Positions 42,601 through 56,900 of a DNA stretch of 64,000 nt are shown here, piece after piece. The position numbers and the translations under genes were made by a program. How positions within the stretch are numbered: position 1 is the stretch's first letter; every line of letters starts with the position of its first letter. The notes under the pieces were generated by a model, which did no database searches, had not been told where the DNA came from, and saw only the letters and a program-made list of their open reading frames with translations. Source of the DNA: the human T2T-CHM13v2.0 reference genome, Homo sapiens; assembly GCF_009914755.1 (NCBI RefSeq), contig NC_060925.1. One strand, given 5' to 3'.

Positions 42601-44956
42601 AATGGAAATGAAAGGGGTCATCATCTAATGGAATCGCATGGAATCATCATCAAATGGAATCGAATGGAATCATCATCAAATGGAATCTAATGGAATCATT
42701 GAACAGAATTGAATGGAATCGTCATCGAATGAATTGAATGCAATCATCGAATGGTCTCGAATGGAATCATCTTCTAATGGAAAGGAATGGAATCATCGCA
42801 TAGAATCGAATGGAATTATCATCGAATGGAATCGAATGGTATCAACACCAAACGGAAAAAAACGGAATTATCGAATGGAATCGAAGAGAATCTTCGAACG
42901 GACCCGAATGGAATCATCTAATGGAATGGAATGGAATAATCCATGGACTCGAATGCAATCATCATCGAATGGAATCGAATGGAATCATCGAATGGACTCG
43001 AATGGAATAATCATTGAACGGAATCGATTGGAATCATCATCGGATGGAAACGAATGGAATCATCATCGAATGGAAATGAAAGGAGTCATCATCTAATGGA
43101 ATTGCATGGAATCATCATAAAATGGAATCGAATGGAATCAACGTCAAATGGAATCAAATGGAATTATTGAACGGAATTGAATGGAATCGTCATCGAATGA
43201 ATTGACTGCAATCATCCAATGGTCTCGAATGGAATCATCTTCAAATGGAATGGAATGGAATCATCGCATAAAATCGAATGGAATTATCATCGAATGGAAT
43301 CGAATGGAATCAACATCCAACGGAAAAAAACGGAATTATCGAATGGAATCGAAGAGAATCATCGAATGGACCCGAATGGAATCATCTAATGGAATGGAAT
43401 GGAATAATCCATGGACTCGAATGCAATCATCATCGAATGGAATCGAATGGAATCATCGAATGGACTCGAATGGAATAATCATTGAACGGAATCGAATGGA
43501 ATCATCATCGGATGGAAATGAATGGAATCATCATCGAATGGAATCGAATATAATTATGGAATGAAATCCAGTGTGATCATCATCGAATGGACCCGAATGG
43601 AATCATCATCCAACGGAAGCTAATGGAATCAACATCGAATGAATCAAATGGAAACACCGTCGAATTGAAACGAATGGAATTATCATGAAATTGAAATGGA
43701 TGGACTCATCATCGAATGGATTCGAATGGAATCATCGAATAAAATTGATTGAAATCATCATCGAATGGAATCGAATGGTATCATTGAATGGAATCGAATG
43801 GAATCATCATCAGATGGAAATGAATGGAATCGTCATAGAATGGAATCGAATGGATTCATTGAAAGGAATCAGATGGAATCATCGAATGGACTGGAATTGA
43901 ATCATTGAATGGACTCGAAAGGGATCATGTTTGAATGGAATTTAATGGAATCATCGAATGGTCTCGATTGGAATCATTATCAAATGGAATCGAATGGAAT
44001 CACCGAATAGAATCGAATGGAACAATCATCGAATGGACTCAAATGGAATTATCCTCAAATGGAATCGAATGGAATTATCAAATGCAATCGAATGGAATTA
44101 TCGAATGCAATCGAATAGAATCATCGAATGGACTCGAATGGAATCATCGAATGGAATGGAATGGAACAGTCAATGAACTCGAATGGAATCATCATTGAAT
44201 GGAATCGAATGGAATCATCGAGTGGAATCGAATGGAATTATGATCAAATGGAATCGAATGTTATCATCATCAAATGGAATCAAAAATAACCATCATCAAT
44301 TGGTATTGAATGGAATTGTCATCAAATGGAATTCAAAGGAATCATCATCAAATGGAACCGAATGGAATCCTCATAGAATGGAAATGAAAGGGGTCATCAT
44401 CTAATGGAATCGCATGGAATCATCATCAAATGGAATCGAATGGAATCATCATCAAATGGAATCTAATGGAATCATTGAACAGAATTGAATGGAATCGTCA
44501 TCGAATGAATTGAATGCAATCATCGAATGGTCTCGAATGGAATCATCTTCTAATGGAAAGGAATGGAATCATCGCATAGAATCGAATGGAATTATCATCG
44601 AATGGAATCGAATGGTATCAACACCAAACGGAAAAAAACGGAATTATCGAATGGAATCGAAGAGAATCTTCGAACGGACCCGAATGGAATCATCTAATGG
44701 AATGGAATGGAATAATCCATGAACTCGAATGCAATCATCATCGAATGGAATCGAATGGAATCATCGAATGGACTCGAATGGAATAATCATTGAACAGAAT
44801 CGAATGGAATCATCATCGGATGGAAACGAATGGAATCATCATCGAATGGAAATGAAAGGAGTCATCATCTAATGGAATTGCATGGAATCATCATAAAATG
44901 GAATCGAATGGAATCAACATCAAATGGAATCAAATGGAATCATTGAACGGAATTGA

Positions 44957-47900
44957 ATGGAATCGTCATCGAATGAATTGACTGCAATCATCCAATGGTC
45001 TCGAATGGAATCATCTTCAAATGGAATGGAATGGAATCATCGCATAGAATCGAATGGAATTATCATCGAATGGAATCGAATGGAATCAACATCAAACGGA
45101 AAAAAACGGAATTATCGAATGGAATCGAAGAGAATCATCGAATGGACCCGAATGGAATCATCTAATGGAATGGAATGGAATAATCGATGGACTCGAATGC
45201 AATCATCATCGAATGGAATCGAATGGAATCATCGAATGGACTCGAATGGAATAATGATTGAACGGAATAGAATGAAATCATCATCGGATGGAAATGAATG
45301 GAATCATCATCGAATGGAATCGAATAGAATTATGGAATGAAATCCAGTGTGATCATCATCGAATGGACCCGAATGGAATCATCATCCAACGGAAGCTAAT
45401 GGAATCAACATCGAATGAATCGAATGGAAACACCATCAAATTGAAACGAATGGAATTATCATGAAATTGAAATGGATGGACTCATCATCGAATGGATTAA
45501 TGGAATCATCGAATAAAATTGATTGAAATCATCATCGAATGGAATCGAATGGTATCATTGAATGGAATCGAATGGAATCATCATCAGATGGAAATGAATG
45601 GAATCGTCATAGAATGGAATCGAATGGATTCATTGAATGGAATCAGATGGAATCATCGAATGGACTGGAATGGAATCATTGAGTGGACTCGAAAGGGATC
45701 ATGATTGAATGGAATTGAATGGAATCATCGAATGGTCTCGATTGGAATCATTATCAAATGGAATCGAATGGAATCACCGAATAGAATCGAATGGAACAAT
45801 CATCGAATGGACTCAAATGGAATTATCCTCAAATGGAATCGAATGGAATTATCAAATGCAATCGAATGGAATTATCGAATGCAATCGAATAGAATCATCG
45901 AATGGACTCGAATGGAATCATCGAATGGAATGGAATGGAACAGTCAATGAACTCGAATGGAATCATCATTGAATGGAATCGAATGGAATCATCGAGTGGA
46001 ATCGAATGGAATTATGATCAAATGGAATCGAATGTTATCATCATCAAATGGAATCAAAAATAACCATCATCAATTGGTATTGAATGGAATTGTCATCAAA
46101 TGGAATTCAAAGGAATCATCATCAAATGGAACCGAATGGAATCCTCATTGAATGGAAATGAAAGGGGTCATCATCTAATGGAATCGCATGGAATCATCAT
46201 CAAATGGAATCGAATGGAATCATCATCAAATGGAATCTAATGGAATCATTGAACAGAATTGAATGGAATCGTCATCGCATGAATTGAATGCAATCATCGA
46301 ATGGTCTCGAATGGAATCATCTTCTAATGGAAAGGAATGGAATCATCGCATAGAATCGAATGGAATTATCATCGAATGGAATCGAATGGTATCAACACCA
46401 AACGGAAAAAAACGGAATTATCGAATGGAATCGAAGAGAATCTTCGAACGGACCCGAATGGAATCATCTAATGGAATGGAATGGAATAATCCATGAACTC
46501 GAATGCAATCATCATCGAATGGAATCGAATGGAATCATCGAATGGACTCGAATGGAATAATCATTGAACAGAATCGAATGGAATCATCATCGGAGGGAAA
46601 CGAATGGAATCATCATCGAATGGAAATGAAAGGAGTCATCATCTAATGGAATTGCATGGAATCATCATAAAATGGAATCGAATGGAATCAACATCAAATG
46701 GAATCAAATGGAATCATTGAACGGAATTGAATGGAATCGTCATCGAATGAATTGACTGCAATCATCCAATGGTCTCGAATGGAATCATCTTCAAATGGAA
46801 TGGAATGGAATCATCGCATAGAATCGAATGGAATTATCATCGAATGGAATCGAATGGAATCAACATCAAACGGAAAAAAACGGAATTATCGAATGGAATC
46901 GAAGAGAATCATCGAATGGACCCGAATGGAATCATCTAATGGAATGGAATGGAATAATCGATGGACTCGAATGCAATCATCATCGAATGGAATCGAATGG
47001 AATCATCGAATGGACTCGAATGGAATAATCATTGAACGGAATAGAATGGAATCATCATCGGATGGAAATGAATGGAATCATCATCGAATGGAATCGAATA
47101 GAATTATGGAATGAAATCCAGTGTGATCATCATCGAATGGACCCGAATGGAATCATCATCCAACGGAAGCTAATGGAATCAACATCGAATGAATCGAATG
47201 GAAACACCATCAAATTGAAACGAATGGAATTATCATGAAATTGAAATGGATGGACTCATCATCGAATGGATTCGAATGGAATCATCGAATAAAATTGATT
47301 GAAATCATCATCCAATGGAATCGAATGGTATCACTGAATGGAATCGAATGGAATCATCATCAGATGGAAATGAATGGAATCGTCATAGAATGGAATCGAA
47401 TGGATTCATTGAATGGAATCAGATGGAATCATCGAATGGACTGGAATGGAATCATTGAATGGACTCGAAAGGGATCATGATTGAATGGAATTGAATGGAA
47501 TCATCGAATGGTCTCGATTGGAATCATTATCAAATGGAATCGAATGGAATCACCGAATAGAATCGAATGGAACAATCATCGAATGGACTCAAATGGAATT
47601 ATCCTCCAATGGAATCGAATGGAATTATCGAATGCAATCGAATGGAATTATCGAATGCAATCGAATAGAATCATCGAATGGACTCGAATGGAATCATCGA
47701 ATGGAATGGAATGGAACAGTCAATGAACTCGAATGGAATCATCATTGAATGGAATCGAATGGAATCATCGAGTGGAATCGAATGGAATTATGATCAAATG
47801 GAATCGAATGTAATCCTCATCAAATGGAATCAAAAATAACCATCATCAATTGGTATTGAATGGAATTGTCATCAAATGGAATTCAAAGGAATCATCATCA

Positions 47901-50900
47901 AATGGAACCGAATGGAATCCTCATTGAATGGAAATGAAAGGGGTCATCATCTAATGGAATCGCATGGAATCATCATCAAATGGAATCGAATGGAATCATC
48001 ATCAAATGGAATCTAATGGAATCATTGAACAGAATTGAATGGAATCGTCATCGAATGAATTGAATGCAATCATCGAATGGTCTCGAATGGAATCATCTTC
48101 TAATGGAAAGGTATTGAATCATCGCATAGAATCGAATGGAATTATCATCGAATGGAATCGAATGGTATCAACACCAAACGGAAAAAAACGGAATTATCGA
48201 ATGGAATCGAAGAGAATCTTCGAACGGACCCGAATGGAATCATCTAATGGAATGGAATGGAATAATCCATGGACTCGAATGCAATCATCATCAAATGGAA
48301 TCGAATGGAATCATCGAATGGACTCGAATGGAATAATCATTGAACGGAATCGATTGGAATCATCATCGGATGGAAACGAATGGAATCATCATCGAATGGA
48401 AATGAAAGGAGTCATCATCTAATGGAATTGCATGGAATCATCATAAAATGTAATCGAATGGAATCAACATCAAATGGAATCAAATGGAATCATTGAACGG
48501 AATTGAATGGAATCGTCATCGAATGAATTGACTGCAATCATCCAATGGTCTCGAATGGAATCATCTTCAAATGGAATGGAATGGAATCATCGCATAGAAT
48601 CGAATGGAATTATCATCGAATGGAATCGAATGGAATCAACATCCAACGGAAAAAAACGGAATTATCGAATGGAATCGAAGAGAATCATCGAATGGACCCG
48701 AATGGAATCATCTAATGGAATGGAATGGAATAATCCATGGACTCGAATGCAATCATCATCGAATAGAATCGAATGGAATCATCGAATGGACTCGAATGGA
48801 ATAATCATTGAACGGAATCGAATGGAATCATCATCGGATGGAAATGAATGGAATCATCATCGGATGGAAGTGAATGGAATCATCATCGAATGGAATCGAA
48901 TAGAATTATGGAATGAAATCCAGTGTGATCATCATCGAATGGACCCGAATGGAATCATCATCCAACGGAAGCTAATGGAATCAACATCGAATGAATCAAA
49001 TGGAAACACCATCGAATTGAAACGAATGGAATTATCATGAAATTGAAATGGATGGACTCATCATCGAATGGATTCGAATGGAATCATCGAATAAAATTGA
49101 TTGAAATCATCATCGAATGGAATCGAATGGTATCATTGAATGGAATCGAATGGAATCATCATCAGATGGAAATGAATGGAATCGTCATAGAATGGAATCG
49201 AATGGATTCATTGAATGGAATCAGATGGAATCATTGAATGGACTGGAATGGAATCATTGAATGGACTCGAAAGGGATCATGATTGAATGGAATTTAATGG
49301 AATCATCGAATGGTCTCGATTGGAATCATTATCAAATGGAATCGAATGGAATCACCGAATAGAATCGAATGGAACAATCATCGAATGGACTCAAGTGGAA
49401 TTATCCTCCAATGGAATCGAATGGAATTATCAAATGCAATCGAATGGAATTATCGAATGCAATCGAATAGAATCATCGAATGGACTCGAATGGAATCATC
49501 GAATGGAATGGAATGGAACAGTCAATGAACTCGAATGGAATCATCATTGAATGGAATCGAATGGAATCATCGAGTGGAATCGAATGGAATTATGATCAAA
49601 TGGAATCGAATGTTATCATCATCAAATGGAATCAAAAATAACCATCATCAATTGGTATTGAATGGAATTGTCATCAAATGGAATTCAAAGGAATCATCAT
49701 CAAATGGAACCGAATGGAATCCTCATTGAATGGAAATGAAAGGGGTCATCATCTAATGGAATCGCATGGAATCATCATCAAATGGAATCGAATGGAATCA
49801 TCATCAAATGGAATCTAATGGAATCATTGAACAGAATTGAATGGAATCGTCATCGAATGAATTGAATGCAATCATCGAATGGTCTCGAATGGAATCATCT
49901 TCTAATGGAAAGGAATGGAATCATCGCATAGAATCGAATGGAATTATCATCGAATGGAATCGAATGGTATCAACACCAAACGGAAAAAAACGGAATTATC
50001 GAATGGAATCGAAGAGAATCTTCGAACGGACCCGAATGGAATCATCTAATGGAATGGAATGGAATAATCCATGAACTCCAATGCAATCATCATCGAATGG
50101 AATCGAATGGAATCATCGAATGGACTCGAATGGAATAATCATTGAACAGAATCGAATGGAATCATCATCGGATGGAAACGAATGGAATCATCATCGAATG
50201 GAAATGAAAGGAGTCATCATCTAATGGAATTGCATGGAATCATCATAAAATGGAATCGAATGGAATCAACATCAAATGGAATCAAATGGAATCATTGAAC
50301 GGAATTGAATGGAATCGTCATCGAATGAATTGACTGCAATCATCCAATGGTCTCGAATGGAATCATCTTCAAATGGAATGGAATGGAATCATCGCATAGA
50401 ATCGAATGGAATTATCATCGAATGGAATCGAATGGAATCAACATCAAACGGAAAAAAACGGAATTATCGAATGGAATCGAAGAGAATCATCGAATGGACC
50501 CGAATGGAATCATCTAATGGAATGGAATGGAATAATCGATGGACTCGAATGCAATCATCATCGAATGGAATCGAATGGAATCATCGAATGGACTCGAATG
50601 GAATAATCATTGAACGGAATAGAATGGAATCATCATCGGATGGAAATGAATGGAATCATCATCGAATGGAATCGAATAGAATTATGGAATGAAATCCAGT
50701 GTGATCATCATCGAATGGACCCGAATGGAATCATCATCCAACGGAAGCTAATGGAATCAACATCGAATGAATCGAATGGAAACACCATCAAATTGAAACG
50801 AATGGAATTATCATGAAATTGAAATGGATGGACTCATCATCGAATGGATTAATGGAATCATCGAATAAAATTGATTGAAATCATCATCGAATGGAATCGA

Positions 50901-53900
50901 ATGGTATCATTGAATGGAATCGAATGGAATCATCATCAGATGGAAATGAATGGAATCGTCATAGAATGGAATCGGATGGATTCATTGAATGGAATCAGAT
51001 GGAATCATCGAATGGACTGGAATGGAATCATTGAGTGGACTCGAAAGGGATCATGATTGAATGGAATTGAATGGAATCATCGAATGGTCTCGATTGGAAT
51101 CATTATCAAATGGAATCGAATGGAATCACCGAATAGAATCGAATGGAACAATCATCGAATGGACTCAAATGGAATTATCCTCAAATGGAATCGAATGGAA
51201 TTATCAAATGCAATCGAATGGAATTATCGAATGCAATCGAATAGAATCATCGAATGGACTCGAATGGAATCATCGAATGGAATGGAATGGAACAGTCAAT
51301 GAACTCGAATGGAATCATCATTGAATGGAATCGAATGGAATCATCGAGTGGAATCGAATGGAATTATGATCAAATGGAATCGAATGTTATCATCATCAAA
51401 TGGAATCAAAAATAACCATCATCAATTGGTATTGAATGGAATTGTCATCAAATGGAATTCAAACGAATCATCATCAAATGGAACCGAATGGAATCCTCAT
51501 TGAATGGAAATGAAAGGGGTCATCATCTAATGGAATCGCATGGAATCATCATCAAATGGAATCGAATGGAATCATCATCAAATGGAATCTAATGGAATCA
51601 TTGAACAGAATTGAATGGAATCGTCATCGAATGAATTGAATGCAATCATCGAATGGTCTCGAATGGAATCATCTTCTAATGGAAAGGAATGGAATCATGG
51701 CATAGAATCGAATGGAATTATCATCGAATGGAATCGAATGGTATCAACACCAAACGGAAAAAAACGGAATTATCGAATGGAATCGAAGAGAATCTTCGAA
51801 CGGACCCGAATGGAATCATCTAATGGAATGGAATGGAATAATCCATGGACTCGAATGCAATCATCATCGAATGGAATCGAATGGAATCATCGAATGGACT
51901 CGAATGGAATAATCATTGAACAGAATCGAATGGAATCATCATCGGAGGGAAACGAATGGAATCATCATCGAATGGAAATGAAAGGAGTCATCATCTAATG
52001 GAATTGCATGGAATCATCATAAAATGGAATCGAATGGAATCAACATCAAATGGAATCAAATGGAATCATTGAACGGAATTGAATGGAATCGTCATCGAAT
52101 GAATTGACTGCAATCATCCAATGGTCTCGAATGGAATCATCTTCAAATGGAATGGAATGGAATCATCGCATAGAATCGAATGGAATTATCATCGAATGGA
52201 ATCGAATGGAATCAACATCAAACGGAAAAAAACGGAATTATCGAATGGAATCGAAGAGAATCATCGAATGGACCCGAATGGAATCATCTAATGGAATGGA
52301 ATGGAATAATCGATGGACTCGAATGCAATCATCATCGAATGGAATCGAATGGAATCATCGAATGGACTCGAATGGAATAATCATTGAACGGAATAGAATG
52401 GAATCATCATCGGATGGAAATGAATGGAATCATCATCGAATGGAATCGAATAGAATTATGGAATGAAATCCAGTGTGATCATCATCGAATGGACCCGAAT
52501 GGAATCATCATCCAACGGAAGCTAATGGAATCAACATCGAATGAATCGAATGGAAACACCATCAAATTGAAACGAATGGAATTATCATGAAATTGAAATG
52601 GATGGACTCATCATCGAATGGATTAATGGAATCATCGAATAAAATTGATTGAAATCATCATCGAATGGAATCGAATGGTATCATTGAATGGAATCGAATG
52701 GAATCATCATCAGATGGAAATGAATGGAATCGTCATAGAATGGAATCGAATGGATTCATTGAATGGAATCAGATGGAATCATCGAATGGACTGGAATGGA
52801 ATCATTGAGTGGACTCGAAAGGGATCATGATTGAATGGAATTGAATGGAATCATCGAATGGTCTCGATTGGAATCATTATCAAATGGAATCGAATGGAAT
52901 CACCGAATAGAATCGAATGGAACAATCATCGAATGGACTCAAATGGAATTATCCTCAAATGGAATCGAATGGAATTATCAAATGCAATCGAATGGAATTA
53001 TCGAATGCAATCGAATAGAATCATCGAATGGACTCGAATGGAATCATCGAATGGAATGGAATGGAACAGTCAATGAACTCGAATGGAATCATCATTGAAT
53101 GGAATCGAATGGAATCATCGAGTGGAATCGAATGGAATTATGATCAAATGGAATCGAATGTTATCATCATCAAATGGAATCAAAAATAACCATCATCAAT
53201 TGGTATTGAATGGAATTGTCATCAAATGGAATTCAAACGAATCATCATCAAATGGAACCGAATGGAATCCTCATTGAATGGAAATGAAAGGGGTCATCAT
53301 CTAATGGAATCGCATGGAATCATCATCAAATGGAATCGAATGGAATCATCATCAAATGGAATCTAATGGAATCATTGAACAGAATTGAATGGAATCGTCA
53401 TCGAATGAATTGAATGCAATCATCGAATGGTCTCGAATGGAATCATCTTCTAATGGAAAGGAATGGAATCATCGCATAGAATCGAATGGAATTATCATCG
53501 AATGGAATCGAATGGTATCAACACCAAACGGAAAAAAACGGAATTATCGAATGGAATCGAAGAGAATCTTCGAACGGACCCGAATGGAATCATCTAATGG
53601 AATGGAATGGAATAATCCATGGACTCGAATGCAATCATCATCGAATGGAATCGAATGGAATCATCGAATGGACTCGAATGGAATAATCATTGAACAGAAT
53701 CGAATGGAATCATCATCGGAGGGAAACGAATGGAATCATCATCGAATGGAAATGAAAGGAGTCATCATCTAATGGAATTGCATGGAATCATCATAAAATG
53801 GAATCGAATGGAATCAACATCAAATGGAATCAAATGGAATCATTGAACGGAATTGAATGGAATCGTCATCGAATGAATTGACTGCAATCATCCAATGGTC

Positions 53901-56900
53901 TCGAATGGAATCATCTTCAAATGGAATGGAATGGAATCATCGCATAGAATCGAATGGAATTATCATCGAATGGAATCGAATGGAATCAACATCAAACGGA
54001 AAAAAACGGAATTATCGAATGGAATCGAAGAGAATCATCGAATGGACCCGAATGGAATCATCTAATGGAATGGAATGGAATAATCGATGGACTCGAATGC
54101 AATCATCATCGAATGGAATCGAATGGAATCATCGAATGGACTCGAGTGGAATAATCATTGAACGGAATAGAATGGAATCATCATCGGATGGAAATGAATG
54201 GAATCATCATCGAATGGAATCGAATAGAATTATGGAATGAAATCCAGTGTAATCATCATCGAATGGACCCGAATGGAATCATCATCCAACGGAAGCTAAT
54301 GGAATCAACATCGAATGAATCGAATGGAAACACCATCAAATTGAAACGAATGGAATTATCAAGAAATTGAAATGGATGGACTCATCATCGAATGGATTCG
54401 AATGGAATCATCGAATAAAATTGATTGAAATCATCATCCAATGGAATCGAATGGTATCACTGAATGGAATCGAATGGAATCATCATCAGATGGAAATGAA
54501 TGGAATCGTCATAGAATGGAATCGAATGGATTCATTGAATGGAATCAGATGGAATCATCGAATGGACTGGAATGGAATCATTGAATGGACTCGAAAGGGA
54601 TCATGATTGAATGGAATTGAATGGAATCATCGAATGGTCTCGATTGGAATCATTATCAAATGGAATCGAATGGAATCACCGAATAGAATCGAATGGAACA
54701 ATCATCGAATGGACTCAAATGGAATTATCCTCCAATGGAATCGAATGGAATTATCGAATACAATCGAATGGAATTATCGAATGCAATCGAATAGAATCAT
54801 CGAATGGACTCGAATGGAATCATCGAATGGAATGGAATGGAACAGTCAATGAACTCGAATGGAATCATCATTGAATGGAATCGAATGGAATCATCGAGTG
54901 GAATCGAATGGAATTATGATCAAATGGAATCGAATGTTATCATCATCAAATGGAATCAAAAATAACCATCATCAATTGGTATTGAATGGAATTGTCATCA
55001 AATGGAATTCAAAGGAATCATCATCAAATGGAACCGAATGGAATCCTCATTGAATGGAAATGAAAGGGGTCATCATCTAATGGAATCGCATGGAATCATC
55101 ATCAAATGGAATCGAATGGAATCATCATCAAATGGAATCTAATGGAATCATTGAACAGAATTGAATGGAATCGTCATCGAATGAATTGAATGCAATCATC
55201 GAATGGTCTCGAATGGAATCATCTTCTAATGGAAAGGTATGGAATCATCGCATAGAATCGAATGGAATTATCATCGAATGGAATCGAATGGTATCAACAC
55301 CAAACGGAAAAAAACGGAATTATCGAATGGAATCGAAGAGAATCTTCGAACGGACCCGAATGGAATCATCTAATGGAATGGAATGGAATAATCCATGAAC
55401 TCGAATGCAATCATCATCGAATGGAATCGAATGGAATCATCGAATGGACTCGAATGGAATAATCATTGAACAGAATCGAATGGAATCATCATCGGATGGA
55501 AACGAATGGAATCATCATCGAATGGAAATGAAAGGAGTCATCATCTAATGGAATTGCATGGAATCATCATAAAATGGAATCGAATGGAATCAACATCAAA
55601 TGGAATCAAATGGAATCATTGAACGGAATTGAATGGAATCGTCATCGAATGAATTGACTGCAATCATCCAATGGTCTCGAATGGAATCATCTTCAAATGG
55701 AATGGAATGGAATCATCGCATAGAATCGAATGGAATTATCATCGAATGGAATCGAATGGAATCAACATCAAACGGAAAAAAACGGAATTATCGAATGGAA
55801 TCGAAGAGAATCATCGAATGGACCCGAATGGAATCATCTAATGGAATGGAATGGAATAATCGATGGACTCGAATGCAATCATCATCGAATGGAATCGAAT
55901 GGAATCATCGAATGGACTCGAATGGAATAATGATTGAACGGAATAGAATGGAATCATCATCGGATGGAAATGAATGGAATCATCATCGAATGGAATCGAA
56001 TAGAATTATGGAATGAAATCCAGTGTGATCATCATCGAATGGACCCGAATGGAATCATCATCCAACGGAAGCTAATGGAATCAACATCGAATGAATCGAA
56101 TGGAAACACCATCAAATTGAAACGAATGGAATTATCATGAAATTGAAATGGATGGACTCATCATCGAATGGATTAATGGAATCATCGAATAAAATTGATT
56201 GAAATCATCATCGAATGGAATCGAATGGTATCATTGAATGGAATCGAATGGAATCATCATCAGATGGAAATGAATGGAATCGTCATAGAATGGAATCGAA
56301 TGGATTCATTGAATGGAATCAGATGGAATCATCGAATGGACTGGAATGGAATCATTGAGTGGACTCGAAAGGGATCATGATTGAATGGAATTGAATGGAA
56401 TCATCGAATGGTCTCTATTGGAATCATTATCAAATGGAATCGAATGGAATCACCGAATAGAATCGAATGGAACAATCATCGAATGGACTCAAATGGAATT
56501 ATCCTCAAATGGAATCGAATGGAATTATCAAATGCAATCGAATGGAATTATCGAATGCAATCGAATAGAATCATCGAATGGACTCGAATGGAATCATCGA
56601 ATGGAATGGAATGGAACAGTCAATGAACTCGAATGGAATCATCATTGAATGGAATCGAATGGAATCATCGAGTGGAATCGAATGGAATTATGATCAAATG
56701 GAATCGAATGTTATCATCATCAAATGGAATCAAAAATAACCATCATCAATTGGTATTGAATGGAATTGTCATCAAATGGAATTCAAAGGAATCATCATCA
56801 AATGGAACCGAATGGAATCCTCATTGAATGGAAATGAAAGGGGTCATCATCTAATGGAATCGCATGGAATCATCATCAAATGGAATCGAATGGAATCATC

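Noticed and set aside
48507-49040. Longest ORF, 177 aa
   Set aside because: It is produced by the +26-bp monomer duplication shifting the frame.
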